NCBI GenBank assembly: GCA_963730385.1
Contig: CAVSRQ010000011.1
Coordinates: 54,909 to 118,908, forward strand
DNA from: an uncultured Verrucomicrobiae bacterium
Lineage (GTDB): Bacteria; Verrucomicrobiota; Verrucomicrobiia; Chthoniobacterales; UBA10450
Direction: 5' to 3'
DNA: 64,000 bases
Each line of letters opens with the position of its first letter. Positions within the stretch are counted from its first letter, which is position 1. This document shows, in pieces, positions 49,584-58,493 of the stretch. Below the pieces are notes generated by a model. That model was not told the DNA's origin and did no database searches. It worked only from the letters and a program-made list of their open reading frames with translations. Position numbers and translations under genes: made by a program.

Positions 49584-51583
49584 ACCCGCCTCCTGTCTGC
49601 ATCCTCTATTCTCAGGACGCCGATCTGGCGCGCCGGGTTAAGGCGTTTCTGCGCGTCTATGCGCAAGTGCGCTCGGTGACGGATGCCGACCGGCTGGAAG
49701 CGGTGCTGCAGCAGGCCGGCCCCGCGATTTTGCTGCTAGATCTACGGGCGCGAAATGGCCGGGATCTCACCGCGCAAATGCTGCAGGATTGGCCGGAGCT
49801 TTTGATCATCGCCCTCGGCGCCGCTCGCTCCGAGCCGATGCGCGAAGCGGAGGAGTCTGCCATCTACGCCACGGCAGACTTGCAACTCGATCGGCGGGCT
49901 TTCCAGGCTCTCCTTTCCCGCGCCTTTGATCATCTGCGTCTCATGCAGGAAAATCGCGATCTGCGAGAAGCGGCCGCCGTGAATGTCGCGCTCGCGGCCG
50001 CACCGGCCCGCGTCGAGCCGCTGGCCGATCGTGTTTCCAGCACGATGCCGCTCCTGCGTTTTCCGCGCGTGTTCCGGCGTTTTGATAAAGTGGACACCCT
50101 CCTGGCCAGCGTCGTGGAAGGAGTGGCGGATGCCGCCGGTGTGACGCGGGTGGGAATCTTTTGCCGCGATCTGCCCCTGGGTCGCTACCGTCTCAGGGCG
50201 GGTCTGCGTTGTCTTCCGGAAACCTATGAGATCGAATACGGAGCGCGCGATCCGCTCGCTCGCTGGTTTGCCTTGCACGCTCACCTGATCAGCCGCACTC
50301 AGCTCGATCAAGCGGCTGATGCATCGCAACGGCTGCTGATGCGGCGTGCGCTCGATAATTTCGGAGCAGAGGTCATTATCCCATTGCACGCACGGGGCGG
50401 GATCATTGGCTGGCTTTTCTTTGGTCATCGCCTCACGGGGCAGCGTTTCCAACAACAGGATTTGGAAAATTTGACCCTTCTGGCCGAGCACGTTTCCACC
50501 GTCCTGGAAAACGCTTTGCTCAACGAGGAAATCAGCTTGCAGAAGACGCTCGCGGAAACCCTCCTCACCGCCATGCCTCCCGGCATCATCGCCACGGACG
50601 AAAATGCCATCATCCGCTGGTGCAACCCGACCGCGGAACAAATCCTCGGCGTTAAAGCCGCGGAAATTGTGAACGAACCGGTGGAAGCAGGCGGCAGCCA
50701 GATCGCCTCTTTCCTGCGCGAGACCTTGGAATCCGAAGCGGAACCCGGCCCCCGCCAGTGGGTCGCGCCGGCCACACGCCGATCTCTCACCGTGGAAGCT
50801 CGCCGCTTGCGCGATGGAGGAAAACCAGTCGGCGCAGTGGCGATCTTACACGATCTCACGACGGAAGAGAGCACACGGCAAAAGCAGGACCTGGTCGATC
50901 GAGCTGTCTTCTGGAGCGACCTCGCGGCCAGCATGTCGCACGAGATTCGAAACCCTCTGGTCGCGATCAAGACTTTCGCCCAACTCCTTCCGGAACGTTT
51001 CGACGATCCTGATTTTCGTCGGGATTTTAATGAAATCGTGATCCAGGAAATCGATCGCCTGGACCGCATCATCACGCAGATCAATAACTTCGCGCACCCG
51101 CTCGAATTGGTGATGAAGTCGTTCGATGTCCGGACATCGGTCAAGAATGCACTTCGCATGGCGCAGGAGAAGTTCGCGACTAACGGCACGCCAATCGAAA
51201 TGGATCTCCCGCCAGATTTGCCGGAGATCCTCGGGGACGAAAGCGCGCTCACGGAAGCGTTTGCTCATCTGGTAGCCAACGCCGCTGAAGCCACCCACGG
51301 GCAACGCGATCCGCGCATCACTCTGGCGGCAAAGCCGATGAAAGAGGGCGCGGCCAGCAACGCGGTGATGGTGACCGTCCGCGACAACGGCAAGGGGATT
51401 GACCCCGATTTAAAGGACAAGATTTTCTCTCCTTTCTGTACGACCAAAGCCCGCGGCATGGGCCTTGGGCTCCCGATTGTGAAGCGGACCGTCTTCGATC
51501 ATCACGGCCGTATGGACATCGACTCGAATCCGCGCGGCACCTCTGTCAGCGTGATTCTGCCGGCGAGCACAAACGGCGATTAG
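49580..51583 (+). CDS. sensor histidine kinase with degenerate N-terminal receiver-like domain, GAF, PAS, HisKA and HATPase
   Basis: Its start overlaps the stop of the preceding kinase (ATGA). ILLLDLRARNGRDL receiver-like segment, MSHEIRNPLVAIKTFAQLLPERF H box, DNGKGI and GMGLGLP. Confidence 0.85.
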   Translation: MNPPPVCILYSQDADLARRVKAFLRVYAQVRSVTDADRLEAVLQQAGPAILLLDLRARNGRDLTAQMLQDWPELLIIALGAARSEPMREAEESAIYATADLQLDRRAFQALLSRAFDHLRLMQENRDLREAAAVNVALAAAPARVEPLADRVSSTMPLLRFPRVFRRFDKVDTLLASVVEGVADAAGVTRVGIFCRDLPLGRYRLRAGLRCLPETYEIEYGARDPLARWFALHAHLISRTQLDQAADASQRLLMRRALDNFGAEVIIPLHARGGIIGWLFFGHRLTGQRFQQQDLENLTLLAEHVSTVLENALLNEEISLQKTLAETLLTAMPPGIIATDENAIIRWCNPTAEQILGVKAAEIVNEPVEAGGSQIASFLRETLESEAEPGPRQWVAPATRRSLTVEARRLRDGGKPVGAVAILHDLTTEESTRQKQDLVDRAVFWSDLAASMSHEIRNPLVAIKTFAQLLPERFDDPDFRRDFNEIVIQEIDRLDRIITQINNFAHPLELVMKSFDVRTSVKNALRMAQEKFATNGTPIEMDLPPDLPEILGDESALTEAFAHLVANAAEATHGQRDPRITLAAKPMKEGAASNAVMVTVRDNGKGIDPDLKDKIFSPFCTTKARGMGLGLPIVKRTVFDHHGRMDIDSNPRGTSVSVILPASTNGD

Positions 51584-51585
51584 CG

Positions 51586-51688
51586 AATTGCTGATTGCTG
51601 ATTTCCAATTTCTGATTTCTGATTGGGAGAAACCGGGGCCAACCGCTTTCCATCTGTTTGGCCGCAGTTAAATCAGCAATCAGAAATT
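51586..51688. repeat. AT-rich short repeat cluster: three copies of an about 19-nt CTGATT-based unit (two direct, one inverted)
   Basis: aattgctgattgctgattt (51586-51604), aatttctgatttctgattg (51607-51625) and an inverted copy aaatcagcaatcagaaatt (51670-51688). There is a 14-bp perfect inverted match between 51591-51604 and 51670-51683. Confidence 0.6.
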
Positions 51689-51704
51689 ACCCACAGGCAC
51701 TCCC

Positions 51705-52652
51705 ATGATCGTCACCACCGCTCAACTCTACAAAGTCGCTTACAAAAAATTTGCCGTCGGCGCCTACAACATTAACAACCTCGAACAGACGATGGGGCTC
51801 TTCCGCGGCTGCATCCAAAGCAAAGCTCCTTTCATTATCCAGCTCTCGAAAGGCGCCCGGAATTACACGGATAAGCGCATGCTGGAAGCCATCATTCGGA
51901 CCGCAGAGACCATCTTCCCGGAAGCGATTTTCGCGGTTCATCTCGATCACGGCGACGAGGCCACCTGTTACGATTGCATCGACTCGGGCTTCTACAGCTC
52001 CGTCATGATCGATGCCAGCCACGAATCCTTTGAGGAAAATATCGCCATCACCCGGCGCGTAGCCGATCGGGCGCACGCCAAGGGGATCAGCGTGGAAGCG
52101 GAACTCGGGATGCTGGGCGGCGTGGAAGAAGATATCAAGGTCGACGAAGGCCATGCCTGTCTCACCAACCCTGACGAAGCGGGAGAATTCGTGGAGCGGT
52201 CTGGTTGCGATTCGCTCGCTGCGGCGATTGGCACCAGCCACGGCGCCTACAAGTTCAAGGGCCAGCAATCGCTCCGCTTCGATGTGATTGAGGCCATCTC
52301 CGAGAAAGTCCCGGGCATGCCCATCGTCATGCACGGCAGCTCAAGCGTGCCCGTGGAAGAAGTCACGCGCATTAACGAAGCCGGCGGAAAACTGGACCCC
52401 AGCGCGCGCGGCGTGGCCGAAAACGAATACCTGCCGGCGGCCAAGCTCGGCGTCACGAAGGTCAACATCGATACCGATGGCCGCCTGGTTTGGACCCGGG
52501 TGCATCGCGAGTTCTTTCGCGATAAACCGGCCGAGTTCGATTTCCGCCCGCCGGGCAAAGTCTTCATGCAGGCCTATGCGGATTTCATCGCGAATAAAAA
52601 TGAGAAGCTCGGCTCTGCCGGTCAGCTCGACGCGATCCGCGCCAGCTTGTAG
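51705..52652 (+). CDS. fba: class II fructose-bisphosphate aldolase
   Basis: FAVGAYNINNLEQ, HLDHG, IGTSHGAYKF and PIVMHGSSSVP motifs. Confidence 0.9.
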   Translation: MIVTTAQLYKVAYKKFAVGAYNINNLEQTMGLFRGCIQSKAPFIIQLSKGARNYTDKRMLEAIIRTAETIFPEAIFAVHLDHGDEATCYDCIDSGFYSSVMIDASHESFEENIAITRRVADRAHAKGISVEAELGMLGGVEEDIKVDEGHACLTNPDEAGEFVERSGCDSLAAAIGTSHGAYKFKGQQSLRFDVIEAISEKVPGMPIVMHGSSSVPVEEVTRINEAGGKLDPSARGVAENEYLPAAKLGVTKVNIDTDGRLVWTRVHREFFRDKPAEFDFRPPGKVFMQAYADFIANKNEKLGSAGQLDAIRASL

Positions 52653-52697
52653 TTGCCCCGCTGCACCGCTCGTGGCCAGCGTTTTCTCCCGCCTCCC

Positions 52698-53726
52698 GTG
52701 CCCAGCGTGACCTTCACCTTGCAGGAAATCGCCGCCCTTACTGAGGGCGAGCTGGCCGGCGATGGCGCGCAAGTCATCGCCGGCGCGGCTTCCCTTCATG
52801 ACGCGCGCGAAGGTGAAATCACGTTTTTCGCCAACCCCAGATACCTGGCGCAACTGAAGGCAACGCAGGCGTCCGCGGTGTTCGTGCCGCTGGATTTCGA
52901 GCAGGAGATGGCTGCTGCGCTCGTGCGGGTGGCCGATCCCACCAAGGCCTTCGCGCACGTCGCTTTGAAATTTGCGCCGCCTCCTATCTCGTATCCGCCA
53001 GGCGTTCATCCCACCGCGGTGATTGGCGAAAATGTGACCCTTGGCGACCGCGTATCCATCCAGCCCCATGCAGTCATTGAACGCGGCGCCACCATCGGCA
53101 ACGAATCAGTTATCGGCGCTCACTCCTACGTTGGCCACGAGGCGGTCCTGGGCGCGCAGTGTCTTATTTATCCGCACGTCACCATTCGGGAGCGCACGAT
53201 CATCGGCGATCGCGTGGTCATCCACAGCGGAGCCGTCCTGGGCGCTGATGGCTTCGGCTTCGAAGTCGTGGACGGTCGGCAGGTTAAGATTCCTCAAATC
53301 GGAATCGTCCAAGTGGATGATGACGTGGAGATCGGCGCCAACACGACGATCGATCGGGCGCGCTTCGGTCGCACCTGGATCCAGGAAGGCGCGAAGATCG
53401 ATAATCTGGTTCAGATCGCGCACAACGTGGTGATCGGTAAACACACCGTCATTGCCTCCCAAGCTGGGATCGCGGGTAGCTCGCGCCTCGGTTCCTACGT
53501 CATGATCGGCGGTCAGGCCGGGATCACCGGGCATATCGAGTTAGGCGATCAGACCATCGTGGGAGCTAAAGGCGGAGTCTCAAAAAGCCTTCCCGCCGGT
53601 AGCGGAATTTGGTGGGGCATCCCAGCGGTCCCGATCAAAAAAGCCCAGGAACGCCTCGCGTGGATTCGTCGACTGGGACAGCTCTTCGACCGGGTGAAAG
53701 CGATCGAGAAGAAGCTGGAAGGATAA
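52698..53726 (+). CDS. lpxD: UDP-3-O-acylglucosamine N-acyltransferase
   Basis: FTLQEIAAL..ITFFANPRYL N-domain, then left-handed beta-helix hexapeptide repeats (IGENVTLGDRVSIQPHAVIERGATIGNESVIGAH...). GTG 52698 is chosen as the start; TTG 52653 or GTG 52707 are possible. Confidence 0.85.
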   Translation: MPSVTFTLQEIAALTEGELAGDGAQVIAGAASLHDAREGEITFFANPRYLAQLKATQASAVFVPLDFEQEMAAALVRVADPTKAFAHVALKFAPPPISYPPGVHPTAVIGENVTLGDRVSIQPHAVIERGATIGNESVIGAHSYVGHEAVLGAQCLIYPHVTIRERTIIGDRVVIHSGAVLGADGFGFEVVDGRQVKIPQIGIVQVDDDVEIGANTTIDRARFGRTWIQEGAKIDNLVQIAHNVVIGKHTVIASQAGIAGSSRLGSYVMIGGQAGITGHIELGDQTIVGAKGGVSKSLPAGSGIWWGIPAVPIKKAQERLAWIRRLGQLFDRVKAIEKKLEG

Positions 53727-54057
53727 TCGCGGAAGCGCTCTCCGTTTCCGATACCGATTGACGCGGAGACGCTCCGCTGGACCACACTTCTTTCCACCCT
53801 CCCGCGCGTCACCGATGCATATGTGACACTCGCCGCCGCGCGAGGGCTGCTCTCGCAAGCCGGGCGCACGGGCGATTTTATCCAATCCCGAAGCCTTCCC
53901 TCCCAACGACGCACGTTCTTGCCGTCGACAGGCTTTAGATGAACCGAAAGGCGGATCGATTTTAAAGCGCCATGGAAAAATAATCGGCCCGCAGCGCGTC
54001 GGCCGGGGAGCGTGGCAAGGTTGATGCTATAGTGGTTATAGAAATTATAACACTACC

Positions 54058-54507
54058 ATGAAAGTCCTTACTCGCACCTCCGCCGAATTTCTCATCATCG
54101 ATGATGATCCCGCCATCAATCGATTCCTCATGACTTACCTCAAACAGAAGGGCCATTCGTGCGAATCCCTCACCGAAGGTTTCCAAACCGCGGCCTGGCT
54201 CCAGCACAACCAATGCGACGTCGTCGTGGTGGACTTGAACATGCCGAAAGTGGATGGCATTTCGCTCATCACCTTCATCCGCGAGATCAACCAGAAGCTG
54301 CCGATCATTGTCTTCACCGGCGTGGGCTACGACGAGGATCGGATGCACGCTGCGCTCCGCGCTGGCGCTAATGGCTACGTCAGCAAAAACCTCCCGGTGG
54401 AACAACTCTACTGTGTCCTATCGCGCGTGCTTGCGACCTCGCAGCAACGCGCCCGCCGCGACGCGCTTACCGCGCCCTCTCACCATTTGCTTGCCGGCGC
54501 TGCTTAA
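54058..54507 (+). CDS. single-domain response regulator (CheY-like receiver)
   Basis: FLIIDDDPA, VVVVDLNMPKVDG, IVFTG and GYVSKN motifs. Confidence 0.85.
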   Translation: MKVLTRTSAEFLIIDDDPAINRFLMTYLKQKGHSCESLTEGFQTAAWLQHNQCDVVVVDLNMPKVDGISLITFIREINQKLPIIVFTGVGYDEDRMHAALRAGANGYVSKNLPVEQLYCVLSRVLATSQQRARRDALTAPSHHLLAGAA

Positions 54508-54925
54508 GGCGCTCGTTCGTTCCGACCGTCCGCGCGGCTTCCAGCAGGCCCCGCAGACCTTCGGCAGAAATGGTCTCCGCTCCGCAGGCGGCGACCGTTT
54601 CCTGTTCCAGGTAATCGCTGGTGGCCACGAGGAGGCGAAATCGGCTTCCATACTTGCTCGCCAACCGCTCCACGATGCTATCGGCAGTCTGCCCTGCCCG
54701 GGAATAAAAGATCTGGATCTCGCCTGGATCAGCGCTGGAATTCACCACCGGCCCCTTACCGTCGAAGACCACCACCACGCGAGCGTTGGTCCAATCCTGA
54801 TAATCGCGCAGCTGCCGCACCAGGGCATCGCGCGCCAGCGAAGTGCGGCGTTCATGCATCGCCCGCAGCTCGGGCCAGGCAAAGATCACGCTGTGTCCGT
54901 CGACGACGAGATACTCAGGCTGCAC
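54467..54925 (-). CDS. NYN-domain (YacP/Rae1-like) RNA-binding protein
   Basis: YLVVDGHSVIFAWPEL..ARDALVRQLRDYQDWTNARVVVVFDG..VATSDYLEQ. Confidence 0.75.
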   Translation of the reverse strand: MQPEYLVVDGHSVIFAWPELRAMHERRTSLARDALVRQLRDYQDWTNARVVVVFDGKGPVVNSSADPGEIQIFYSRAGQTADSIVERLASKYGSRFRLLVATSDYLEQETVAACGAETISAEGLRGLLEAARTVGTNERLKQRRQANGERAR

Positions 54926-55139
54926 TCTTCTTATATCGAAGGGACGCAGGCGCGAAGCAATGGCGCGGCTGCATGCAAAAGAAGAATCCGAATACGGGCG
55001 GGCCGTTTAAAGGACGGTGTGTCATCCCGAGCCGCGAAGACGGCCGAGGGATCTCACCGACGCAGCGCGGGATCACACCATCACGCAGCGAGCAAACCGC
55101 AGCCGACCAACAGCAAATTGAAACGCCCCAGCGCGAAAC

Positions 55140-55337
55140 TTATTCAGCGGGAGTCTCAGCAGCCTTCGCCTTGGCAGCCTTGGCCTCAGCCGCTTTGGAA
55201 GCAGCGGGCTGTTTCTTCGCCTTCTTCGGCGCCGGCTCGCGTTTCACAGGGACAGCCGCTTTCGCCGCCGCCTTCTTGCGCTCGAGATACGAAGTGCGCC
55301 GGCGGCGTTTGACGATTTTGCGATGTTGCTGGCCCAT
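55140..55337 (-). CDS. small highly basic Lys/Ala-rich protein (hypothetical)
   Basis: MGQQHRKIVKRRRRTSYLERKKAAAKAAVPVKREPAPKKAKKQPAASKAAEAKAAKAKAAE, starting from the ATG at 55337. Confidence 0.45.
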   Translation of the reverse strand: MGQQHRKIVKRRRRTSYLERKKAAAKAAVPVKREPAPKKAKKQPAASKAAEAKAAKAKAAETPAE

Positions 55338-55486
55338 GGAGCGTTTTCTATAGGGCGGATGCTCCTTGGGCGCAACGGGAAAGAGGCGTTCCCTGCGCAA
55401 AAGAAATGGCGGGCTGTGAACGAAGAGGATTGCCAGCAGCCGACCGTCTCGATTATCACGAGAGCCACTCCCAGCCCGCCTCTTCC

Positions 55487-56260
55487 ATGCCCAGAATCCT
55501 GCTTAGCCTCTCGATTTTTTTCCTTACGCTTTCCGCTGTCTTCGGCGTCTTAAAGGCTGGCAAATCTCGGGAAGGAAGCGCTCTGCCCAGAACTGTTATT
55601 GCCCCGGAGCCCCGCTCCCTGCCTGATACGGCACCCACGCCAGATGCCAGCCTTGCTGCTGCCACGGCCAGAAACGCCGAAGCCGAGAGCAAGCTCGGCG
55701 AGGCCGAAGCAGACTTGATCAAATCCCAGACCGAAAGGGCCGCGCTGCAGGCCCGATTGCAGGCAAACGAAGCAGAGATCGCCGATTTGAAAAAACGCCT
55801 CGAAGATCGGACGCCAGCCGATCCCATGCCGGATACCCTCCCCATGCCGGGGGCCGGCAATCTGCAGACCCAACTCGAAGACACCCGTCAGCAACTCGAA
55901 AGCGCTGAGCGCGAAAACCAGGTCCTTGCGGCCCGGATAGAGTCGAGGCCCACGCGTCCCACCGCTCCGCTCGCCCCCAGCACTCGAGCGATTGCCCCTA
56001 AGCCGCGCCCCAACGTCCGCGGCACCGTCCTGGCCGTGAACCAAGCTTACAATTTCGTCGTCCTCGATCTTGGCGGCCGCCAGGGCTTGGAAGCCGAGAG
56101 CGAGATGCTTGTCCTGCGGCGAGGAGTGTTGATCGGGAAGATTCGCGTTTCGTCGGTTGAACCTGCCACTGCTATTGGCGATATTGTCACCCACAGCCTC
56201 GCACGTGGGGTTCAAGTGCAACCTGGAGACGTCGTTATTTATGCTGGATCAAATTCGTAA
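55487..56260 (+). CDS. membrane-anchored coiled-coil protein (hypothetical)
   Basis: MPRILLSLSIFFLTLSAVFGVL anchor, a heptad-like region (AEADLIKSQTERAALQARLQANEAEIADLKKRLE), and a C-terminal beta-rich domain. Confidence 0.55.
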   Translation: MPRILLSLSIFFLTLSAVFGVLKAGKSREGSALPRTVIAPEPRSLPDTAPTPDASLAAATARNAEAESKLGEAEADLIKSQTERAALQARLQANEAEIADLKKRLEDRTPADPMPDTLPMPGAGNLQTQLEDTRQQLESAERENQVLAARIESRPTRPTAPLAPSTRAIAPKPRPNVRGTVLAVNQAYNFVVLDLGGRQGLEAESEMLVLRRGVLIGKIRVSSVEPATAIGDIVTHSLARGVQVQPGDVVIYAGSNS

Positions 56261-56462
56261 ATCATCATGGGTGCGGGCTGCCCGCCTTGTCCTGCTCAGC
56301 AGCGCAGCCTGCGTCTTCGCCTCTTGCGCCAGTAAAAAGCCAGCCCCTCTTGTCTCCGATAGCGCCGGTGGCCCGGAATCTCAGCTGCCATGGAATGCCC
56401 AGCAGAAATGGGAGCGCGAAGGCCAGCTCGGACCACTCGCGGAACGGGTCAATTCTCGCTAA
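56241..56462 (+). CDS. small putative lipoprotein (hypothetical)
   Basis: MLDQIRKSSWVRAARLVLLSSAACVFASCASKK contains a lipobox-like FASC. It overlaps the preceding gene's end by 20 nt. Confidence 0.35.
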   Translation: MLDQIRKSSWVRAARLVLLSSAACVFASCASKKPAPLVSDSAGGPESQLPWNAQQKWEREGQLGPLAERVNSR

Positions 56463-57814
56463 ATCCAGAATCCCGCCGGGATTACGGCATCCTTCGGGAC
56501 CACTACGATGCCGTCGCGGATGTAGTAGTTCTCCGCGTCGAAATTCGTCGGCTTTCCTTCCGGAGTAATCACGACTCCATCCGCGATGCGCGCGTTCTTA
56601 TCGATGATCGCCCGGTCGATCACGCAATTCCGTCCCACCCCGATCGGTGGCACTCCTGGCGGGATCGTGCTCGGATCCGTTTCGTAAAAATCAGCACCCA
56701 TCACGATGCTGTTGCGAATCGTGGCGCCCGACTGAATCACGCTTCGCACGCCGATGACCGAGCGCTCGATGTGCGCATCGGAGATGATGCAACCGTCGGC
56801 CACGATTGATTGGCGGAGCTGCGCCCCATTCACCTTGCTCCCGGGCAGAAAGCGCGGGTGGGTGTAGATCGGGGCAGCCGCGTCGAAGAAGCTGTATTTC
56901 GGGATCAGATCCGTCAGATCCAGGTTCGCCTCGTAGAACGCCTGAATCGTCCCGATATCTTCCCAATAATCATTAAAGATGTAGCCGCTGACGTGGCGCT
57001 GACTGATGGCGTGCGGGATGATGTGTTTCCCGAAATCGACCATGTCGTTCGCCAGACACTCCACCAGCACGTCGCGGTTAAAGACATAAATACCCATCGA
57101 AGCCTGGTAGAGTTCCTCCTCTGGACCGGCTCCGATGGCGGCCAGATGCTCCGCCTCCAGTTTTAGTTCATCGAGCACCGGGTCGTCTTGTTTTGGCTTT
57201 TCGACAAAGCGGACCACGCGCCGGTTCTCATCGCTTTGCATGATGCCGAAATCCGACGCCTGCCCGCGGCCAACCGGTTTCATCGCCAGCGTGATCTCTG
57301 CCCCGGTCCGAATGTGTTGGTGGAGCAACGCGCGAAAATCCATCCGGTAGAGCTGATCGCCGCTCAGAATGAGGTAGTAATCGAATGGCCGCTCCAAAAA
57401 GTAACGCATGTTCTGTCGCACCGCGTCCGCCGTGCCCTGATACCAATCCGAGTGCTCGGGCGTTTGTTGCGCGGCGAGAATATCGACAAAGCTGCGCGAG
57501 AAATTATCAAACTTGTAGCTCGCCTGAATATGTCGATGGAGCGACATCGTGTTGAACTGCGTCAGCACGTAGATCGAGCGCAGCCCGGAGTTCAGACAGT
57601 TACTAATCGGGATATCGACCAGGCGATACTTGCCACCCAGCGGCACCGCTGGTTTCGAACGATCTTTCGTAAGCGGAAACAACCGCGTTCCCGCCCCGCC
57701 GCCCATCACGATCGCGAGGGTTTGTTGGGTCGTGCCCGGCGGCAGCGCGATCGTCGGCCCGCTCCCCGAGTTACCCCTTACCGACCCTTCGCGTCCTTGT
57801 CTCTGGTTTTCCAC
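56459..57814 (-). CDS. glgC: glucose-1-phosphate adenylyltransferase
   Basis: MGGGAGTRLFPLTKDRSKPAVPLGGKYRLVDIPISNC and a C-terminal hexapeptide-repeat domain. Confidence 0.9.
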   Translation of the reverse strand: MENQRQGREGSVRGNSGSGPTIALPPGTTQQTLAIVMGGGAGTRLFPLTKDRSKPAVPLGGKYRLVDIPISNCLNSGLRSIYVLTQFNTMSLHRHIQASYKFDNFSRSFVDILAAQQTPEHSDWYQGTADAVRQNMRYFLERPFDYYLILSGDQLYRMDFRALLHQHIRTGAEITLAMKPVGRGQASDFGIMQSDENRRVVRFVEKPKQDDPVLDELKLEAEHLAAIGAGPEEELYQASMGIYVFNRDVLVECLANDMVDFGKHIIPHAISQRHVSGYIFNDYWEDIGTIQAFYEANLDLTDLIPKYSFFDAAAPIYTHPRFLPGSKVNGAQLRQSIVADGCIISDAHIERSVIGVRSVIQSGATIRNSIVMGADFYETDPSTIPPGVPPIGVGRNCVIDRAIIDKNARIADGVVITPEGKPTNFDAENYYIRDGIVVVPKDAVIPAGFWI

Positions 57815-57887
57815 GTTCGTATTAACTCAGTCGCCAGCCTTCCCAGCAACTCTTTTGCTGCGACCAGTCCGAAGGCCTTCATGCACT

Positions 57888-58277
57888 TTAGTTGTCCACC
57901 CACATCTGCACGATCCACGCCTCCTTGGCGGCCTGTAATCTGGCCTGCCGAATCGCATCCAATGCCGCTCTCTCCTGCGTCGGAGCTGCCAGTGCCACGG
58001 CATATTTTAGTTTCCCGTTCGCGTAGTAGGCCATCACAACCCCGAAGCCTCGGCGCGTGGTGGAAGCAACGATCCGGCAGTCCTTGCCATCAGAAGCTCG
58101 GCAGAAAGCAAGCGCACGCGACTTCGCTTCCGCCTCAGAGATATCACCACCTTTGTAGTAACCAAAAGTCGGAGTGTTCGTCTTGGGGTCGGTCCCCACC
58201 GCGACCGCTGAAGCGCCGCGCACCCTCCCCACCATGATCACCGATAGGAAGACGATCACAGCGACTCGGGAGGTCAT
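57888..58277 (-). CDS. secreted hypothetical protein (DUF4189-like)
   Basis: Signal peptide, followed by ..GGDISEAEAKSRALAFCRASDGKDCRIV.. (Cys pair). Confidence 0.4.
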   Translation of the reverse strand: MTSRVAVIVFLSVIMVGRVRGASAVAVGTDPKTNTPTFGYYKGGDISEAEAKSRALAFCRASDGKDCRIVASTTRRGFGVVMAYYANGKLKYAVALAAPTQERAALDAIRQARLQAAKEAWIVQMWVDN

Positions 58278-58493
58278 GGTGGTCAGCTAAACAAAACGAC
58301 GCATTATCATCAAGAGTGCTCGTTCAGCAGCCCGAGGGTCGGATCCGCATAGATATCGAACCAGCGATCCTGTCTTGCCCAGGCGCATCAGATAGGAAAC
58401 GCTTCCGCCGAAGCTGCGCGCCAGCGCTTCGTTTAGGTAGAGCAAACCAGCGCCTTCTTGCGACCAGCCGAGGCAGCACCTACACTCGCCCGC

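Noticed and set aside
54254-58237. Long + strand ORFs 54254..55312 (352 aa) and 57188..58237 (349 aa).
   Set aside because: They span several well-supported genes on both strands (NYN protein, small basic protein, glgC, DUF4189-like), are Arg/Ser/Pro-rich, and have no motifs.
58278-58493. A glmS ribozyme upstream of glmS.
   Set aside because: I could not recognise the conserved ribozyme core, and this element is characteristic of Gram-positive lineages. It would need a covariance-model scan to exclude formally.
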